A DNA stretch of 13,728 nucleotides from a virus, in IMG/VR virus record IMGVR_UViG_3300028019_000001, positions 1-13,728 of that record. One strand, given 5' to 3'. The notes beneath the pieces were generated by a model. It had not been told where the DNA came from. It saw only the letters and a list, made by a program, of their open reading frames with translations, and did no database searches. Shown here one piece after another: positions 12,227-13,728 of this stretch. The position numbers and the translations under genes are program-made. Positions within the stretch are counted from its first letter, which is position 1. Every line of letters starts with the position of its first letter.

Positions 12227-12934
12227 ATGGGCGCATCGAACGCGCTCCGCGCCTACTCGACGTACGCGGCCAGGGTTTCTCCCGCATCGCTCAGCGTGCT
12301 GGTCTACATGGCCCTGGTGTCGATGGACAAGGACGCCGAGCCCTGGTGGTCGCAGGGACACGAGATACTCGCCGCCATACCGCTCGGACGCAGGGGGCCG
12401 ATCAGGAACGCCGACCTGCGCGCCGTCGAACGGGCCATCACGTCACTGTTTGAGGCCGGGGCCATCACGGTCGATAAGCACTCTTCCGGACATCCGGGGA
12501 ATTCGCAGCACGTCCGCTACCGGCTCTGGCTCACCCATCCCGCACCCGACGAAAACCGTCGTGTGGAAAACCGGGCCGCACCCGACGAAAACCGTCGTGT
12601 GGAAAACCGGGCCGCACCCGACGAAAACCGTCGGGCGCCAGGTGATGGCACCCGACGAAAAGTGGTCTCGCACCCGACGAAAAGTGGTCTCGCACCCGAC
12701 GAAAACCGTCGGGCTAAGGAGACAGAGGAGGACGAGGAGCTAAATAACAAGCAGGATGAAGATGACGCTCGACGTACGACCCGTACAGGTTTCGCGCGTG
12801 GGGACGCGGGCGACGACAACGAGAATTTCGACAATTTCCGGCTGGACGAAGAAGCCGAGCGGCGCCGCCAGCTCGACGCCCTCACCGAATGGATGCGGCA
12901 GCATCCCGAGCAGGCCGAGGCGGTGACGCCATGA
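12227..12934 (+). CDS. Replication initiator-like winged-helix protein (235 aa), lambda-O-like architecture with its binding-site array inside the gene
   Basis: The N-terminus LRAYSTYAARVSPASLSVLVYMALVSMDKDAEPWWSQGHEILAAIPLG...RAVERAITSLFEAGAITV is typical of wHTH phage/plasmid initiator-like proteins (from memory). The central part is encoded by the iteron array and the C-terminal third is acidic. An ATGA overlap links it to the next gene. Confidence 0.75.
   Translation: MGASNALRAYSTYAARVSPASLSVLVYMALVSMDKDAEPWWSQGHEILAAIPLGRRGPIRNADLRAVERAITSLFEAGAITVDKHSSGHPGNSQHVRYRLWLTHPAPDENRRVENRAAPDENRRVENRAAPDENRRAPGDGTRRKVVSHPTKSGLAPDENRRAKETEEDEELNNKQDEDDARRTTRTGFARGDAGDDNENFDNFRLDEEAERRRQLDALTEWMRQHPEQAEAVTP
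12542..12714 (+). repeat. Iteron array: six copies of GCACCCGACGAAAA (starts 12542, 12578, 12614, 12648, 12670, 12692); candidate origin of replication
   Basis: Read directly. There are two perfect 36-bp units and one 34-bp unit, then two perfect 22-bp units (GCACCCGACGAAAAGTGGTCTC) and a final copy. Four copies contain the dyad CGACG-AAAAC-CGTCG. An AT-rich stretch at about 12715-12850 follows (GAGCTAAATAACAAGCAGGATGAAGATGAC, AATTTCGACAATTTCC). Confidence 0.85.
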
Positions 12935-13191
12935 TCGTCACCACGACCAACGGCGACCTCGCCGCGCTCGCCCGGGCCGAGCTGGAGCGCCACAAGGCCC
13001 GCACACCGCAGCGGCATGCCGCCGCGATGCTGTGGGTCGCGCTCATCACCACAGAGACCGCCGGCAGCGCCAGGCGGGCACTGGACACGTTCGGCACCGG
13101 CCAGGGCCGCAGCGGCGCGCTCGAGCTGCTCGGGCGCCTCATCGTCGCCATCGGCCAGGACCACGACGCCGCGAAGGACACCGCGCCATGA
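12931..13191 (+). CDS. Hypothetical protein (86 aa)
   Basis: ATG at 12931 with ATGA overlaps at both ends. Trimmed from ORF 12889..13191. Confidence 0.7.
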   Translation: MIVTTTNGDLAALARAELERHKARTPQRHAAAMLWVALITTETAGSARRALDTFGTGQGRSGALELLGRLIVAIGQDHDAAKDTAP

Positions 13192-13670
13192 CCACGACCA
13201 TCACCGTCTACGGCCAGCCCGCGCCGCAGGGCAGCAAGCGCGCGTTCGCCGTACGCGGCAAAGGCGGGGTACCCACCGGCCGCGTCGCCGTCATCGAGTC
13301 ATCGCACGACCGCGTTAAGAGCTGGCGTCAGGCTGTCATCGACGCCGCGGTCTCCGTGCGTCCTGATGTCCCGCTGCACGGCCCGCTCGCCGTCGAGATG
13401 ACGTTCCTCATGCCGAGGCCGAAAGGCCACTACGGCACCGGCCGCAACGCCGGGAGGCTCCGCGACAGCGCCGCGGAGCGCCCATCCGGGAAACCCGACC
13501 TGTCCAAGCTGCTGCGCGCCACCGAAGACGCCCTCACCGACGCCGGAATGTGGGCCGACGACGCCCAGGTCGTCGAGTACGCGCGGCTGGCCAAGACCTA
13601 CGCCGACCACCGGCCGCCTGGCGCCGTCATCACCATCCGAACCCTCGAGTCAGGAGACACAACGCCATGA
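13188..13670 (+). CDS. rusA: RusA-family crossover junction endodeoxyribonuclease (160 aa)
   Basis: ATG at 13188 (ATGA overlap). ITVYGQPAPQGSKR..., then PLAVEMTFLMPRPKGH, then GKPDLSKLLRATEDALTDAGMWADDAQV. This matches the RusA pattern (PDxDNLxKxxxDAL....DD) including the acidic catalytic residues. Confidence 0.9.
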   Translation: MTTTITVYGQPAPQGSKRAFAVRGKGGVPTGRVAVIESSHDRVKSWRQAVIDAAVSVRPDVPLHGPLAVEMTFLMPRPKGHYGTGRNAGRLRDSAAERPSGKPDLSKLLRATEDALTDAGMWADDAQVVEYARLAKTYADHRPPGAVITIRTLESGDTTP

Positions 13671-13728
13671 CCACCACCATGCCGCCCGGAACGCTGCTCG
13701 CCACCGGCGCGCACGACGCCGGATACCC
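13667..13728 (+). CDS. 5' part of the wrap-around Cys-rich protein gene (continues at position 26 of the window)
   Basis: ATG at 13667 with an ATGA overlap with the rusA stop. The frame is in phase with ORF 57..395 through the 25-bp terminal identity. Confidence 0.75.
   Translation, partial: MTTTMPPGTLLATGAHDAGY
13704..13728. repeat. Terminal direct repeat copy 2, identical to 1..25
   Basis: Read directly. Confidence 0.9.

Noticed and set aside
12542-12714. CRISPR array
   Set aside because: The repeat core is only 14-22 bp and the intervening spacers are 0-22 bp, some of them repeated themselves. The array lies inside a coding frame and no cas genes are present. Iterons fit far better.
12105-12743. 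ORF 12105..12743 with a repeated PHPTKTVVWKTG peptide
   Set aside because: This is the iteron DNA read in another frame. The N-terminal part has no coding bias and overlaps the better-supported initiator frame 12227..12934.

Overview
The window is high-GC (about 70% by eye) with Streptomyces-like, strongly GC3-biased codon usage. It appears to be one complete, self-closing unit. The first 25 nt are identical to the last 25 nt, and an ORF starting at 13667 runs in frame across that junction to the stop at 395, giving a 13,703-bp unit. The content is phage-like but very incomplete. A rightward operon runs 11264 -> wrap -> 7039 and a leftward operon runs 10860 -> 8177. Genes in both are chained by ATGA/GTGA start-stop overlaps, which I used to fix most starts. 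Confident calls are: (1) a 937-aa tail tape-measure protein, (2) a RusA Holliday-junction resolvase, (3) a lambda-O-like winged-helix initiator with six iterons and an AT-rich patch inside its own coding sequence, (4) an XRE-type HTH protein, and (5) a small DUF4236 protein. Probable gene remnants are a PD-(D/E)XK nuclease N-terminus with a frameshift and the C-terminal part of an XRE/TPR regulator with no start codon. The regulator remnant is followed by a tRNA T-arm/acceptor-like segment. I could not recognise a capsid, portal, terminase, integrase, lysin or any Walker-A NTPase. Non-coding structure includes two long control regions with perfect palindromes, a GAAACAG motif cluster, and a 21-bp tandem duplication inside a hyper-acidic Cys-rich ORF. 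All functional calls rest on motif recognition from memory; no database search was possible.
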